Source: Bacillota bacterium (lineage in GTDB: Bacteria > Bacillota > Bacilli > Paenibacillales > JBEGSW01). Taken from it: 64,000 bases of DNA. The notes beneath the pieces were generated by a model, which did no database searches, was not told the origin of the DNA, and saw only the letters and a program-made list of their open reading frames with translations. The translations under genes and the position numbers were made by a program. This document shows, one piece after another, positions 17,585-26,690 of the stretch. Location: contig JBEGSW010000056.1 of the NCBI GenBank assembly GCA_041179705.1, positions 1,796-65,795 of the forward strand, read 5' to 3'. Position 1 is the stretch's first letter. Each line of letters begins with the position of its first letter.

Positions 17585-18317
17585 AACGACTTAAATGGGC
17601 GTAAAGATCACCCAACGTAATTACTTGTCTCTCTTGCATGATTGCAATGAATTTCCCCCAAAGCTTGGCTGTCATAATTGCGTCTTCGAGTGCATGATGA
17701 CGATTCGTAATGGGAACACCGTATTTTAATAATAATTCATCTAATTCAAAATTGGTTCTCGTAGGTTCTAGCCATTTGGCAATCATCATTGTATCAAGGA
17801 CGCGATGCGTTAGCGTGGTCCGTGATGTCTTCCAAAGCGCATTGTTCAAGAATTGTTTATCGTGTCCCGTACCATGCGCAATCAACACTCTTCGTTGCAC
17901 GAATTGAAAAAAATCTCTCAGGGAGTCAATGAGTGAGGGAGCTTGAACAGCCATTTCATTCGAAATCCCAGTCAGTTTCTCGATGTGCGCTGGAATGAGT
18001 CGATTTGGATTAGTTAACGTATGAAACTGTTCCTCTTCAATCATTTGCCCACCACGAACGCCAACACCACCAAACGAGATGATTTCATCACCTTGATTCA
18101 CAAAAAAACCTGTTGTCTCAAGATCAAACACAACAAATTCAATTTCATGAAGTGGCGTGTCAAACAATTCGATTTTTCGTTGTTGTTTCATAACAGATCG
18201 TATAAATGCCATTTGTTGCGCTTTAGGGTCTCCGAGAGCGGAGGCGAATGCAGGAGTCACGCCACCCATCTTGTACAGGTTCCAAAGCCGGCTACCTGCC
18301 GAGTGATTTCCATCCAT
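17583..18317 (-). CDS. DEDDh 3'-5' exonuclease domain protein (DnaQ/epsilon-like)
   Basis: FVVFDLETTGF (ExoI), HGTGHDKQFL (ExoII region) and HHALEDAIMTAKLW (ExoIII, H-x4-D), preceded by an N-terminal extension of about 60 aa. Starts 5 nt after the DUF294 gene. Confidence 0.8.
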   Translation of the reverse strand: MDGNHSAGSRLWNLYKMGGVTPAFASALGDPKAQQMAFIRSVMKQQRKIELFDTPLHEIEFVVFDLETTGFFVNQGDEIISFGGVGVRGGQMIEEEQFHTLTNPNRLIPAHIEKLTGISNEMAVQAPSLIDSLRDFFQFVQRRVLIAHGTGHDKQFLNNALWKTSRTTLTHRVLDTMMIAKWLEPTRTNFELDELLLKYGVPITNRHHALEDAIMTAKLWGKFIAIMQERQVITLGDLYAHLSR

Positions 18318-18322
18318 ACGCG

Positions 18323-19390
18323 CTACCCTCCTAATTTATTAATTCGCTTCTGGACGAATTTTTGAAGTTTCCGTCCAGCATGAAGCGCCATTTTCAACTG
18401 TAATTTATCAGACTTGGATAATTCCCGCAATGGAATCATACCAGAAGTCACATAATGATTATCAACGATTTCAAATGTAGTCTGTGCTCGCAAATAAAGG
18501 ACTGTCCGTAGCGCATCATACCACATTGTCATTTGTTGCTCGGTTATTTCACCTTTCATATACAGCGCCATAATTCGCTTAACCGATGAGGTCTCAGTGA
18601 CACCTGATAGGATGGCAACTAAACGAATACTGTTAATAATCGGTATATACCCACCATATTTTATATCTACAGAGCCCGCATGTTCCCCATAAGGTTCAAC
18701 CAGTAATTGACCGAACACATTTAATACAATCTTATGTCTTAATGTATTATTCAACATCGCCTGCAAAATTATTGGATGTGTATCAGCATATGTGACAATG
18801 TGACTTTGAAGTAATTCAACAAGCTCATTATTACCAGCAACACACCTCAAATCAGCAGCAATTAGTAAATATCGAATATTTTCCCAGTTGGGTTCAAGTA
18901 GCCATTCATCTATGGTTTGTATCCAAGCTGAATATGGTTTACACCAACGATCATTATCAGCACCAACCTCACCATCACATGGCGGATAACCAATTTCCTT
19001 TAAATATTCAACAACTCGTTTGCCCAATGTACAAAAATAATTGCGCACCTCAGGCGTAACTGCTACGAATCGATCATCATAAATAATCGCATTATCTTGA
19101 TCGCTCCAAGGTGTCTGTTCTTCCCTTCCGCCACTACCCACTAAAATAAATGCATAGGAAACAGAAGGAGAAGCCATCCCCTCGGAGAGCAACTTCTGCT
19201 CTGCCAAAAAGATGGCTCTTTTGATGAAACTATCATGAATGAAATTGATTTCATCCGAATACGTCATAATCATTTGGAAGGAAGGGTTTCGTTGGAGTTG
19301 ACGATGCCAACTATCCCGAATCTGCCTCAACTGCGCAGTTGAGTTACACGCTAAGATGTCATTTGCAATGTCAGAAGTTTCGGGGAACAT
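18323..19390 (-). CDS. DUF294-type nucleotidyltransferase with DUF294_C-like substrate-binding domain
   Basis: Pol-beta-type NTase motif GSGGREEQTPWSDQDNAIIYD followed by a helical C-terminal region. It lacks the cNMP/CBS sensor domains I recall in longer members of the family. RBS AAGGAAAGGAGGG; 31 nt downstream of amt. Confidence 0.7.
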   Translation of the reverse strand: MFPETSDIANDILACNSTAQLRQIRDSWHRQLQRNPSFQMIMTYSDEINFIHDSFIKRAIFLAEQKLLSEGMASPSVSYAFILVGSGGREEQTPWSDQDNAIIYDDRFVAVTPEVRNYFCTLGKRVVEYLKEIGYPPCDGEVGADNDRWCKPYSAWIQTIDEWLLEPNWENIRYLLIAADLRCVAGNNELVELLQSHIVTYADTHPIILQAMLNNTLRHKIVLNVFGQLLVEPYGEHAGSVDIKYGGYIPIINSIRLVAILSGVTETSSVKRIMALYMKGEITEQQMTMWYDALRTVLYLRAQTTFEIVDNHYVTSGMIPLRELSKSDKLQLKMALHAGRKLQKFVQKRINKLGG

Positions 19391-19421
19391 TCGAAACCCT
19401 CCTTTCCTTAGATTTTAGGAA

Positions 19422-20708
19422 TTAATTTGAAGCTTTCTTCATTTGTTCTGGGTATCCATACGTACCATGTTCAGATAAATCCAAACCGATAATTTCTTGT
19501 TCTTCTGTTACACGAAGACCTACTGTCTTCTTAATGATGAATAAGAATACGAAGGATAATACAAATGCATAACCACCAGCAAGAAGTACACTTTCAGCTT
19601 GAACAATTAATTGATCAAAGCCACCACCGTAGAACAACCCTGCTTTACCTGTAGCTAATTTTTCAGCTAATTCTGGTGTTGCGAAGAAACCATTCGCTAA
19701 AGTACCAAGAATACCTGCTGTACCATGAACGGATAATGCAGCAATTGGATCATCTAACTTGAACTTTTCGAACATCTTCATGGAGAAGAATACCAAGATT
19801 CCAGCTAAAATACCAATTACTACCGCAGCCCATGGCTCAACGAACGCACAAGATGCAGTAATTGCAACTAAACCAGCTAATGCACCATTCAACATTGTAG
19901 GTACATCTGCTTTACCTGTTACAGCCCAAGCAACTAGTAAAGCAACAATTGCACCTGCACCAGCCGCTAATTGCGTGTTGAAAGCAACATAACCGAAGAA
20001 GCCTTCTCCACCAAATCCATTAACACCTAAAGTAGAACCTGCGTTAAATCCAAACCAACCTACCCATAAAATCATTACTGCAAGTGCAGTATAAACTTGG
20101 TTATGACCATTAATTTGGTTTGCGGAACCATCTTTATTGTATTTACCAATTCGAGGTTTCAATAAAATTGTTGCTGCTAGTGCTGCCATTGCACCTGTTA
20201 AGTGAACAACTGTTGAACCCGCAAAATCTTGCGCACCTTCCGCATATAAGAAACCATTTGCATTCCAGATCCAGTGAGCAATCACTGGGTAGATGAAAGC
20301 AGAGAATAATACTGTAAAGATTAAGTATGGTGCTAATTTAGAACGTTCTGCAAAACCGCCCCATGCGATTGTTAATGAAATTGTTGCGAACGCTAATTGG
20401 AATAAGAAGAAAATCGATGTTGGTAGTGAAGAATCTTCTGCAAGATCAATAAATGAATTAGAAGGATCAAAGAAGAAATCACCGATACCAATAAAACTAT
20501 TACCGCCTGATGCAAATGAAAAACCATAACCTACTGCCCAGTAAATCAAACTAGCTAAGCCAATTGTGAAAATTGTCTTACCTGCAACGTGTCCCGCATT
20601 TTTCATACGAGTTGAACCTGTCTCAAGTAAAATAAAGCCTGCTTGCATGAAAATTACCAAAACTGCTGCAATCATTACCCAAACTGCATTTAAATGCCAC
20701 CACTCCAT
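19422..20708 (-). CDS. amt: Ammonium transporter (Amt family), no adjacent PII gene
   Basis: MEWWHLNAVWVMIAAVLVIFMQAGFILLETG, AGSTVVHLTGA and FNAGS motifs with about 11 TM segments. ATG at 20708 with GAGGAG 8 nt upstream (the ORF track used the GTG at 20717). Confidence 0.9.
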   Translation of the reverse strand: MEWWHLNAVWVMIAAVLVIFMQAGFILLETGSTRMKNAGHVAGKTIFTIGLASLIYWAVGYGFSFASGGNSFIGIGDFFFDPSNSFIDLAEDSSLPTSIFFLFQLAFATISLTIAWGGFAERSKLAPYLIFTVLFSAFIYPVIAHWIWNANGFLYAEGAQDFAGSTVVHLTGAMAALAATILLKPRIGKYNKDGSANQINGHNQVYTALAVMILWVGWFGFNAGSTLGVNGFGGEGFFGYVAFNTQLAAGAGAIVALLVAWAVTGKADVPTMLNGALAGLVAITASCAFVEPWAAVVIGILAGILVFFSMKMFEKFKLDDPIAALSVHGTAGILGTLANGFFATPELAEKLATGKAGLFYGGGFDQLIVQAESVLLAGGYAFVLSFVFLFIIKKTVGLRVTEEQEIIGLDLSEHGTYGYPEQMKKASN

Positions 20709-20755
20709 CGTTACCACTCCTCAATAAAATTTATTTAGTAAGTCACGTTCTTTTG

Positions 20756-20772
20756 TGTAAGGATACATAACA
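20756..20772. promoter_or_regulatory. GlnR/TnrA-type box (TGTNA-N7-TNACA)
   Basis: TGTAAGGATACATAACA is a perfect match to the 17-bp consensus. It sits at about +14 to +30 relative to the predicted amt promoter. Confidence 0.6.
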
Positions 20773-20792
20773 CAAGAAGAACTATTACCGTT

Positions 20793-20822
20793 ATTATATA
20801 TGCAGGTTTTACGTTTTGACAA
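20793..20822 (-). promoter_or_regulatory. Predicted sigma-A promoter of the amt-DUF294-exonuclease operon
   Basis: Minus strand: TTGTCA (20822-20817), 18-nt spacer, TATAAT (20798-20793). Confidence 0.5.
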
Positions 20823-20891
20823 CCCCTTTTTATTAAAAACACGAAAAATAAGTTAAATTTCCTTACTCATTGTTCGTTATTTACATTATTA

Positions 20892-20908
20892 TGTTAGTTT
20901 TTATTACA
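20892..20908. promoter_or_regulatory. Second GlnR/TnrA-type box in the divergent intergenic region
   Basis: TGTTAGTTTTTATTACA is a perfect TGTNA-N7-TNACA match. It lies upstream of a plus-strand TTGAAA-18-TATAAT promoter (about 20921-20951) for the yugP-like gene. Confidence 0.5.
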
Positions 20909-20992
20909 TGTTTAAACGATTTGAAATCGCCCCCTCCATTGACGTATAATTTAATTAAATCAGCACATATACATTACTAACTTATTTGGAGG

Positions 20993-21694
20993 ATGATGCT
21001 CTTTATGTTCTTTTTCCACCCTATTTTAGACCCATTGATTATGGTTGCTTTCGGTCTAACCATCTGGGCACAGTTCCGTGTTAAAGGTACCTTTAATAAA
21101 TTCAGCCAGGTACCCACATCGACTGGCTTAACTGGCTACCAAGCTGCTCGTTACATGCTTGATTCGAATGGTCTACATGACGTTCCGATTGAAGCTGTTC
21201 CTGGCAGATTGACGGATCATTATGACCCAATGAAACGCGTCGTTCGCTTATCCGAGCCTGTTTATTATGAAAGTTCAATTGCCGCAGTTTCGGTTGCTTG
21301 TCATGAAGTTGGTCATGCCATTCAACACAAGGTGAGTTACCCGATGCTTGTTGCACGCCATCGCATTTTCCCGCTCGTTAATATCACTTCTAGCGTTGCA
21401 CCTTGGTTGATTATGGCTGGTCTTTTATTCCAACAGAACACTTCCTTACTTGGTCTAGGCATCGTATTCTTCACAGGAGCAGTGTTGTTCCAAGTTATTA
21501 CGTTACCTGTAGAATTCAATGCTTCCAGTCGGGCGAAACAGTTGATGGTTGCCGAAGGATATATTTCGAACGATGAATCCGCAGGTGTTTCCAAAGTATT
21601 GAATGCAGCTGCGTTGACGTATGTGGCAGCCGCATTAATCTCCGTTCTTGAACTCCTAAAATATGTGATGATATTCTTGGATCGCCGCGAATAG
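20993..21694 (+). CDS. YugP-family zinc metallopeptidase (membrane)
   Basis: MLFMFFFHP..., TDHYDP, VACHEVGHAIQH (HExxH), and C-terminal TM segments are collinear with remembered YugP. The true start may be the second ATG at 20996. Confidence 0.8.
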   Translation: MMLFMFFFHPILDPLIMVAFGLTIWAQFRVKGTFNKFSQVPTSTGLTGYQAARYMLDSNGLHDVPIEAVPGRLTDHYDPMKRVVRLSEPVYYESSIAAVSVACHEVGHAIQHKVSYPMLVARHRIFPLVNITSSVAPWLIMAGLLFQQNTSLLGLGIVFFTGAVLFQVITLPVEFNASSRAKQLMVAEGYISNDESAGVSKVLNAAALTYVAAALISVLELLKYVMIFLDRRE

Positions 21695-21698
21695 AGAC

Positions 21699-21738
21699 AA
21701 AAAAACCTTGAACCGTTATTATCGGTTCAAGGTTTTTT
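21699..21738. terminator. Bidirectional terminator
   Basis: AAAAAACCTTGAACCG, loop TTATTAT, CGGTTCAAGGTTTTTT: a perfect stem with flanking A/T runs. Confidence 0.8.
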
Positions 21739-22528
21739 AATTATAACTAATCGCTTGACTGCCAATTTGCTCCCATGCTTCAATAAAATTCGTTTTTGAA
21801 ACCTTTATATTTTTCCCTGACGTTAGCGGGTCATTAAAATAGACGTATTGAGCATCAAATCCGGTTAAGAGCACACAGTGTTCATAATAAGTTACTTTAA
21901 TTTTTCCTGTCGGTGTATGCCAGGTGCGCCAATGTGAATCAGCCAAATATTTGTATGTGGAATTAGTAATTACCCAAACCGGCTTCCCTTTAGCTAATTG
22001 CTTTATGACATTATCAAATGATTCCCCAGACAAATCAAGAACCCTGCCAGGCAAATAAGTCTCTGCAAGTGCTGCAACCGGCTTATGATATACTCCTAAA
22101 CCGGATTTTGCGAATGTGTAAATGTCCCCGACAAATCCATCATTCGGATTTCCAAAATACGTAATGCCGTTTACTCTCGAGAATCGCGTAGGGTCCTTTT
22201 TTATTTGTTTGGCCAAAATCATCTTATCTGCTTGTATGCCAGCGTGTCTTAATAACATGGCTAGACTTGTCACTTCACAACCCCGGTCTAATTCAGGCAA
22301 CTGCGAAAGCACAGGTACATCAATCAGGATTTCAGTGACCGGCTTTTTTGCTATTTTTTCATCTGTAATGACGTCGCCTTTTTGAACTGGATGGCTAGTA
22401 AATATCAATTTATATAGATAAGACTCTTTATCAAAAAGACTATATAGACTAATCATTAAATTAAATAATACTACCACTAAAACTGCAGCTACCCATTTTT
22501 GTCTAATCAAGTTAACCCACCGATTCAT
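21737..22528 (-). CDS. C39-like cysteine peptidase domain protein (YvpB-like), membrane-anchored
   Basis: N-terminal TM helix, then GCEVTSLAMLL (catalytic Cys context) and HCVLLTGFD (His), as in the Peptidase_C39_2/YvpB family. Confidence 0.65.
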   Translation of the reverse strand: MNRWVNLIRQKWVAAVLVVVLFNLMISLYSLFDKESYLYKLIFTSHPVQKGDVITDEKIAKKPVTEILIDVPVLSQLPELDRGCEVTSLAMLLRHAGIQADKMILAKQIKKDPTRFSRVNGITYFGNPNDGFVGDIYTFAKSGLGVYHKPVAALAETYLPGRVLDLSGESFDNVIKQLAKGKPVWVITNSTYKYLADSHWRTWHTPTGKIKVTYYEHCVLLTGFDAQYVYFNDPLTSGKNIKVSKTNFIEAWEQIGSQAISYN

Positions 22529-23409
22529 TCAAAATAGTCTAAACAAAATTTTCTAAATGTATCTGCAAGGATAGAAAGCTTTGCATTCTTCCTTTGTACA
22601 ATACCAATCGTACGCGACACACGTTCCGATGCAATTCTAATTTTTACTGGCATTAAATCTGATTGACCCGTTAAGGCCATTTCAGGAAGTAAGCTAATGC
22701 CCATACCCGCGGCAACAAGCCCACGAATTGTATCCGTCTCTTCGCCCTCAAAAGCAATTAGCGGTTCGAATCCCGCCTTCACACATGCATTCCAGACAAT
22801 ATTTCTTAGCGAATATCCCTCACTGAACAATACAAATGGCTCGTCTTTTAATTCCGTCAAGCAAATCGATTCTTTTTTCACAAAAGCATGATTCGCTGGA
22901 ACCACAACAAATAGCTCTTCTGTTAGTAATACATCACCAGAAACATGACTATCCTTCATTGGACAAGGAGAGGTTAAGGCTAAATCAACTTCACCTTGTG
23001 ATACATAATTTAGTAATGTCTCATAATTACCTTGTTTAAACTTGAAGCGAACATGAGGATAGCGATTACGAAACTCGGAAACGAGTTTAGGTACCAAATG
23101 AATACCTAGCGTATGTGGAAATCCAATCCGTATTTCGCCATGGTCCGGACTTGTCAATTCATGAATTTCTGTAACTGCTCGATCAAGATCCGCAAGCACC
23201 GGTTCTACACGTTTCAAGAATAGCTTTCCAGCAGGTGTTAAATGCAAATTCCGACCATGTTGTACAAATAACTGGATCCCAAGTTCATCTTCTAACTGAT
23301 GAATTTGACGACTGACCGCTGATTGGGCAATATGCAATTCTTCCGCCGCCTGTGTCACATGTTCCTTCCGAGCCACCTTAACAAAATACTGTAATTGCCG
23401 CAGTTCCAT
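22525..23409 (-). CDS. LysR-family transcriptional regulator
   Basis: MELRQLQYFVKVARKEHVTQAAEELHIAQSAVSRQIHQLEDELG is a winged-HTH, followed by a LysR substrate-binding domain. Overlaps the downstream gene by 4 nt. Confidence 0.9.
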   Translation of the reverse strand: MELRQLQYFVKVARKEHVTQAAEELHIAQSAVSRQIHQLEDELGIQLFVQHGRNLHLTPAGKLFLKRVEPVLADLDRAVTEIHELTSPDHGEIRIGFPHTLGIHLVPKLVSEFRNRYPHVRFKFKQGNYETLLNYVSQGEVDLALTSPCPMKDSHVSGDVLLTEELFVVVPANHAFVKKESICLTELKDEPFVLFSEGYSLRNIVWNACVKAGFEPLIAFEGEETDTIRGLVAAGMGISLLPEMALTGQSDLMPVKIRIASERVSRTIGIVQRKNAKLSILADTFRKFCLDYFE

Positions 23410-23421
23410 CTCAGCACCCCC

Positions 23422-24033
23422 TTACCTTTGATTCAACCGTTTCAAAACATACCAAATAAAGTATAACAGAAAGCCACCAATGAATCCCCCAAAATGAGCT
23501 AAACCATTCACATCTGACATAAATATAGAACCTAGAATTCCAATCCCAAGAAGAACCATGATTGTTTGTCGGGATTGTACGTCCATTGCGTACTTTGTGA
23601 GTATTATAATGGCAAAATACGAACCTAATATCCCATAAACAGAACCTGAGGCACCAATCGAAACAACCGCCTGATTTGAAAAGTAGGCACTGACTGCGCT
23701 GCCACTAAACCCACTTGCTAGATACAACAATACATACATTTGAGGTTTTAGTAATTTTTCTAATGGTGGAGCAAACACATATAGGGAGAACGAGTTCATT
23801 AATATATGAATTCCGCTCCCATGCAGGAAAATAGACGATAGCCACCTCCACACTTCTGCACCTTCTGCTGGAGGGGTTGTCACCATGCCACCCCATTTAT
23901 ATAAATTAACTGCGGTTGCTCCACCAGTGTACAAAGTCAAACCATACATGATTAAATTCAAACTAATAAGAATCGCAGTAACTGGATACAAGCGAATATA
24001 CTGTCGAAAAGTTTCGTTACGGATAAATAACAT
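23422..24033 (-). CDS. Rhomboid-family intramembrane serine protease
   Basis: WRWLSSIFLHGSGIHILMNS, GASGSVYG (catalytic Ser) and AHFGGFIGG (His). ATG at 24033 follows GAGGAGGAAATT. The ORF-track TTG at 24069 is rejected. Confidence 0.85.
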   Translation of the reverse strand: MLFIRNETFRQYIRLYPVTAILISLNLIMYGLTLYTGGATAVNLYKWGGMVTTPPAEGAEVWRWLSSIFLHGSGIHILMNSFSLYVFAPPLEKLLKPQMYVLLYLASGFSGSAVSAYFSNQAVVSIGASGSVYGILGSYFAIIILTKYAMDVQSRQTIMVLLGIGILGSIFMSDVNGLAHFGGFIGGFLLYFIWYVLKRLNQR

Positions 24034-24146
24034 AATTTCCTCCTCATCGAAGCTGGAATAATTGGACAAAGGTTATTTATAACAGTTATAATTAAAATCG
24101 TTGTATATATAAGTATACCTTTATAGAACTCAAGGAGGAAATCACA

Positions 24147-24662
24147 ATGGCACAAGAACGTACTGGTTACACATTAAAAGGCAATCCATTAACATTAGTA
24201 GGTCCTGAACTTAAAGTAGGGGATCAGGCTCCTGATTTTTCTTTGAACAAAGATCTTGTTACGAAAGTCTCCCTTGCAGATTATGCAGGTCAAATCAAAT
24301 TGATTAGCGTTGTCCCATCGCTTGACACAGGCGTATGTGATGCACAAACACGTCGTTTCAATGAAGCAGCTGCTGAACTTGGCGCAAATGTCTCTATCCT
24401 AACTGTAAGTGTCGATTTACCATTCGCGCAAGCACGTTGGTGCGGTGCAGCTGGCATCGATAAAGTTGTAACACTTTCTGACTACCAAACAGGTGATTTC
24501 GGTAAAGCATATGGCGTTTTCATCAAAGAATTCGCTTTGGATATGCGTGCAATCTTTGTTGTTGATGCTAATAACACAATTCAATATGTTGAGTATTTAA
24601 CTGAAATGACTGAGCACCCTAACTACGATCATGCAATCGCTGCTGTAAAAGCACTCGTATAA
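24147..24662 (+). CDS. tpx: Thiol peroxidase
   Basis: [19 protein letters not shown] (peroxidatic Cys) and ARWCGA (resolving Cys). RBS AAGGAGG. Confidence 0.93.
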   Translation: MAQERTGYTLKGNPLTLVGPELKVGDQAPDFSLNKDLVTKVSLADYAGQIKLISVVPSLDTGVCDAQTRRFNEAAAELGANVSILTVSVDLPFAQARWCGAAGIDKVVTLSDYQTGDFGKAYGVFIKEFALDMRAIFVVDANNTIQYVEYLTEMTEHPNYDHAIAAVKALV

Positions 24663-24676
24663 TTCACAACAATCAC

Positions 24677-24716
24677 AAAAAAGACTTGAGCCTACAATAG
24701 GTTCAAGTCTTTTTTA
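24677..24716. terminator. Bidirectional terminator
   Basis: AAAAAAGACTTGAGCC pairs with GGTTCAAGTCTTTTTT (one G-U pair), flanked by A/T runs. Confidence 0.7.
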
Positions 24717-25094
24717 TTAGATTGATTTTACTAATTTACGATCTAATTGTTGGAAAATCGTCTGGATATTTCGATAATTCGAACCCAAATCACCTAAAGA
24801 ACCGCGCGAAGCCGAATAAATATCAATTGCAGTCTGAACCGGATTAACGGAAATGACAGTAATCGTAATATCCATCACACGCCCGAAAGGTGTCTTCTTC
24901 TCTACAATAATTTCACCAACTGCCTTTACTTCATGGACAATTTTAAATCCTGGCATCTTTTGAAGCGTAACCATAACTTCATCCCATACCTCATCAATCG
25001 GTTGCTTATAATATCTCGTCTTTAAGTCTGAAGTCTTCGCTTTTTCACTTGTGGTCGCTTGACTACCAAATAAGTAGCGGATGTATTTATTCAA
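24717..25094 (-). CDS. Hypothetical cytosolic protein (125 aa)
   Basis: ORF-track entry with coding-like composition. The family is not confidently recognised. Confidence 0.5.
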   Translation of the reverse strand: MNKYIRYLFGSQATTSEKAKTSDLKTRYYKQPIDEVWDEVMVTLQKMPGFKIVHEVKAVGEIIVEKKTPFGRVMDITITVISVNPVQTAIDIYSASRGSLGDLGSNYRNIQTIFQQLDRKLVKSI

Positions 25095-25145
25095 GACAAA
25101 ATTCCCCTTCCAACTAATTAACTACTTGATATTTAGTGTAGCAAA

Positions 25146-26690
25146 CTAGACGCTCTTTTGCATCCCACAATGTTGGAAGAACGTAGCCCATCCTTGGCGA
25201 CCCACATCATTATTTTTAAATACGCCGCAGGCCTCCAATACTTCTCCGAATTTCTGACCAACAGCTTGACGAATGAATTGTTGAATTCCATCCATATCCA
25301 AATCACTTGGGATTCCGCGCTTCAACTCTTCCATCCAAGCCAAATGTTTATGTAACGGATGATCGTGATTATTGGCGATATCTGATGCTTCAGCACCACC
25401 ATGAATATGTTCACTAATCATCGTTAATTCAGAAGCAAGTCGTCCGGGAAGAACAGCTAAGCCCATGACTTCGATTAAACCGATGTTTTCCTTCTTAATA
25501 TGATGCAAGCGCTCCTCAGGATGGAATAATCCATAAGGATGCGAATCTGTCGTACGGTTGTTACGTAATACTAAATCAAGCACATAATTCCCCGCTTCAT
25601 CTCGGAAACATACAGGCGTAATTGTATTATGTGGAGTTCGTTCCTCCCCTTTAACCGTAAAGGCCCTAACTTCACAAGATTCATCATTATATTGCTGCCA
25701 CATCGGCAATAGAACGCTGGCTAATGCATGTACAGCATCTTTTTCTGCAGAAGTAAGACGAACGACGGATAATGGCCAGTTCACATTTGCTACTTCGACG
25801 TTCGGATAATTCGGATGTTTATAAATATCAATTTTCTCCGCTTTTTGCATCGCAAATTGATGGTTTCCACCCTGGAAATGATCGTGCGTCAAAATTGATC
25901 CACCCACAATTGGTAAATCTGCATTCGAACCGACAAAGTAATGTGGAATGTTCGTCACAAAATCCAGCAATCGCTTGAACGTATCCGAAGTGATTTTCAT
26001 CGGCACGTGGTCTTTATGGAAGACAATGCAATGCTCATTGTAGTAAACATATGGCGAATATTGGAAATACCATTGTTCATCGTTCAATGCAAGCGGAAGT
26101 ATGCGTAAATTTTGACGTGCTGGATGGTTTACTCGACCCTCATACCCTACATTACTGGAGCACAATAAGCATAATGGATAATTACTTTTTGGCGCATTTC
26201 GTTCTGCCGCGATTTCTCGCGGATCTTTTTCTGGCTTAGACAAATTAATTGTAATTTCTAAGTCGCCAAAAGAAGTTAAGCTTTTCCAATATAAATTGTT
26301 ACGTATACGATCCATCCGAATATAATTCGAATCGATTGCAAGTTTATAAAATTGGTCCGTAGCACTTTGAATCGACACAGTGGACTGCTCATTAAATTGA
26401 CGAACAACTTCTGATGGTCGCGCCATTAACAATCCCATTAATTTAGCATCCCAAAGATCACGTTGTGTCAACGTATCTTCAAGAATGCCCGCAGCAACAG
26501 CTTTATCAAGCAAATCCTGCATAACATCCTCAGGTGCTTGTGGAATTTCGTTATTAAGCAACTCACCCTCAAACGGAGACTCAACTTTCAACGTCGCCAA
26601 CAACAGATTCCGACTAAATTCCACATCTGATTTGTGAATCAATTGCTTATCTAATGCATATGCTAGTAGTCTCTCAATTTGTTTGTTCAT
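25146..26690 (-). CDS. galT: UDP-glucose--hexose-1-phosphate uridylyltransferase (type 2 GalT)
   Basis: 514 aa, the long Firmicutes-type GalT. Last gene of the galK-galE-galT string, overlapping galE by 4 nt. Confidence 0.88.
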   Translation of the reverse strand: MNKQIERLLAYALDKQLIHKSDVEFSRNLLLATLKVESPFEGELLNNEIPQAPEDVMQDLLDKAVAAGILEDTLTQRDLWDAKLMGLLMARPSEVVRQFNEQSTVSIQSATDQFYKLAIDSNYIRMDRIRNNLYWKSLTSFGDLEITINLSKPEKDPREIAAERNAPKSNYPLCLLCSSNVGYEGRVNHPARQNLRILPLALNDEQWYFQYSPYVYYNEHCIVFHKDHVPMKITSDTFKRLLDFVTNIPHYFVGSNADLPIVGGSILTHDHFQGGNHQFAMQKAEKIDIYKHPNYPNVEVANVNWPLSVVRLTSAEKDAVHALASVLLPMWQQYNDESCEVRAFTVKGEERTPHNTITPVCFRDEAGNYVLDLVLRNNRTTDSHPYGLFHPEERLHHIKKENIGLIEVMGLAVLPGRLASELTMISEHIHGGAEASDIANNHDHPLHKHLAWMEELKRGIPSDLDMDGIQQFIRQAVGQKFGEVLEACGVFKNNDVGRQGWATFFQHCGMQKSV

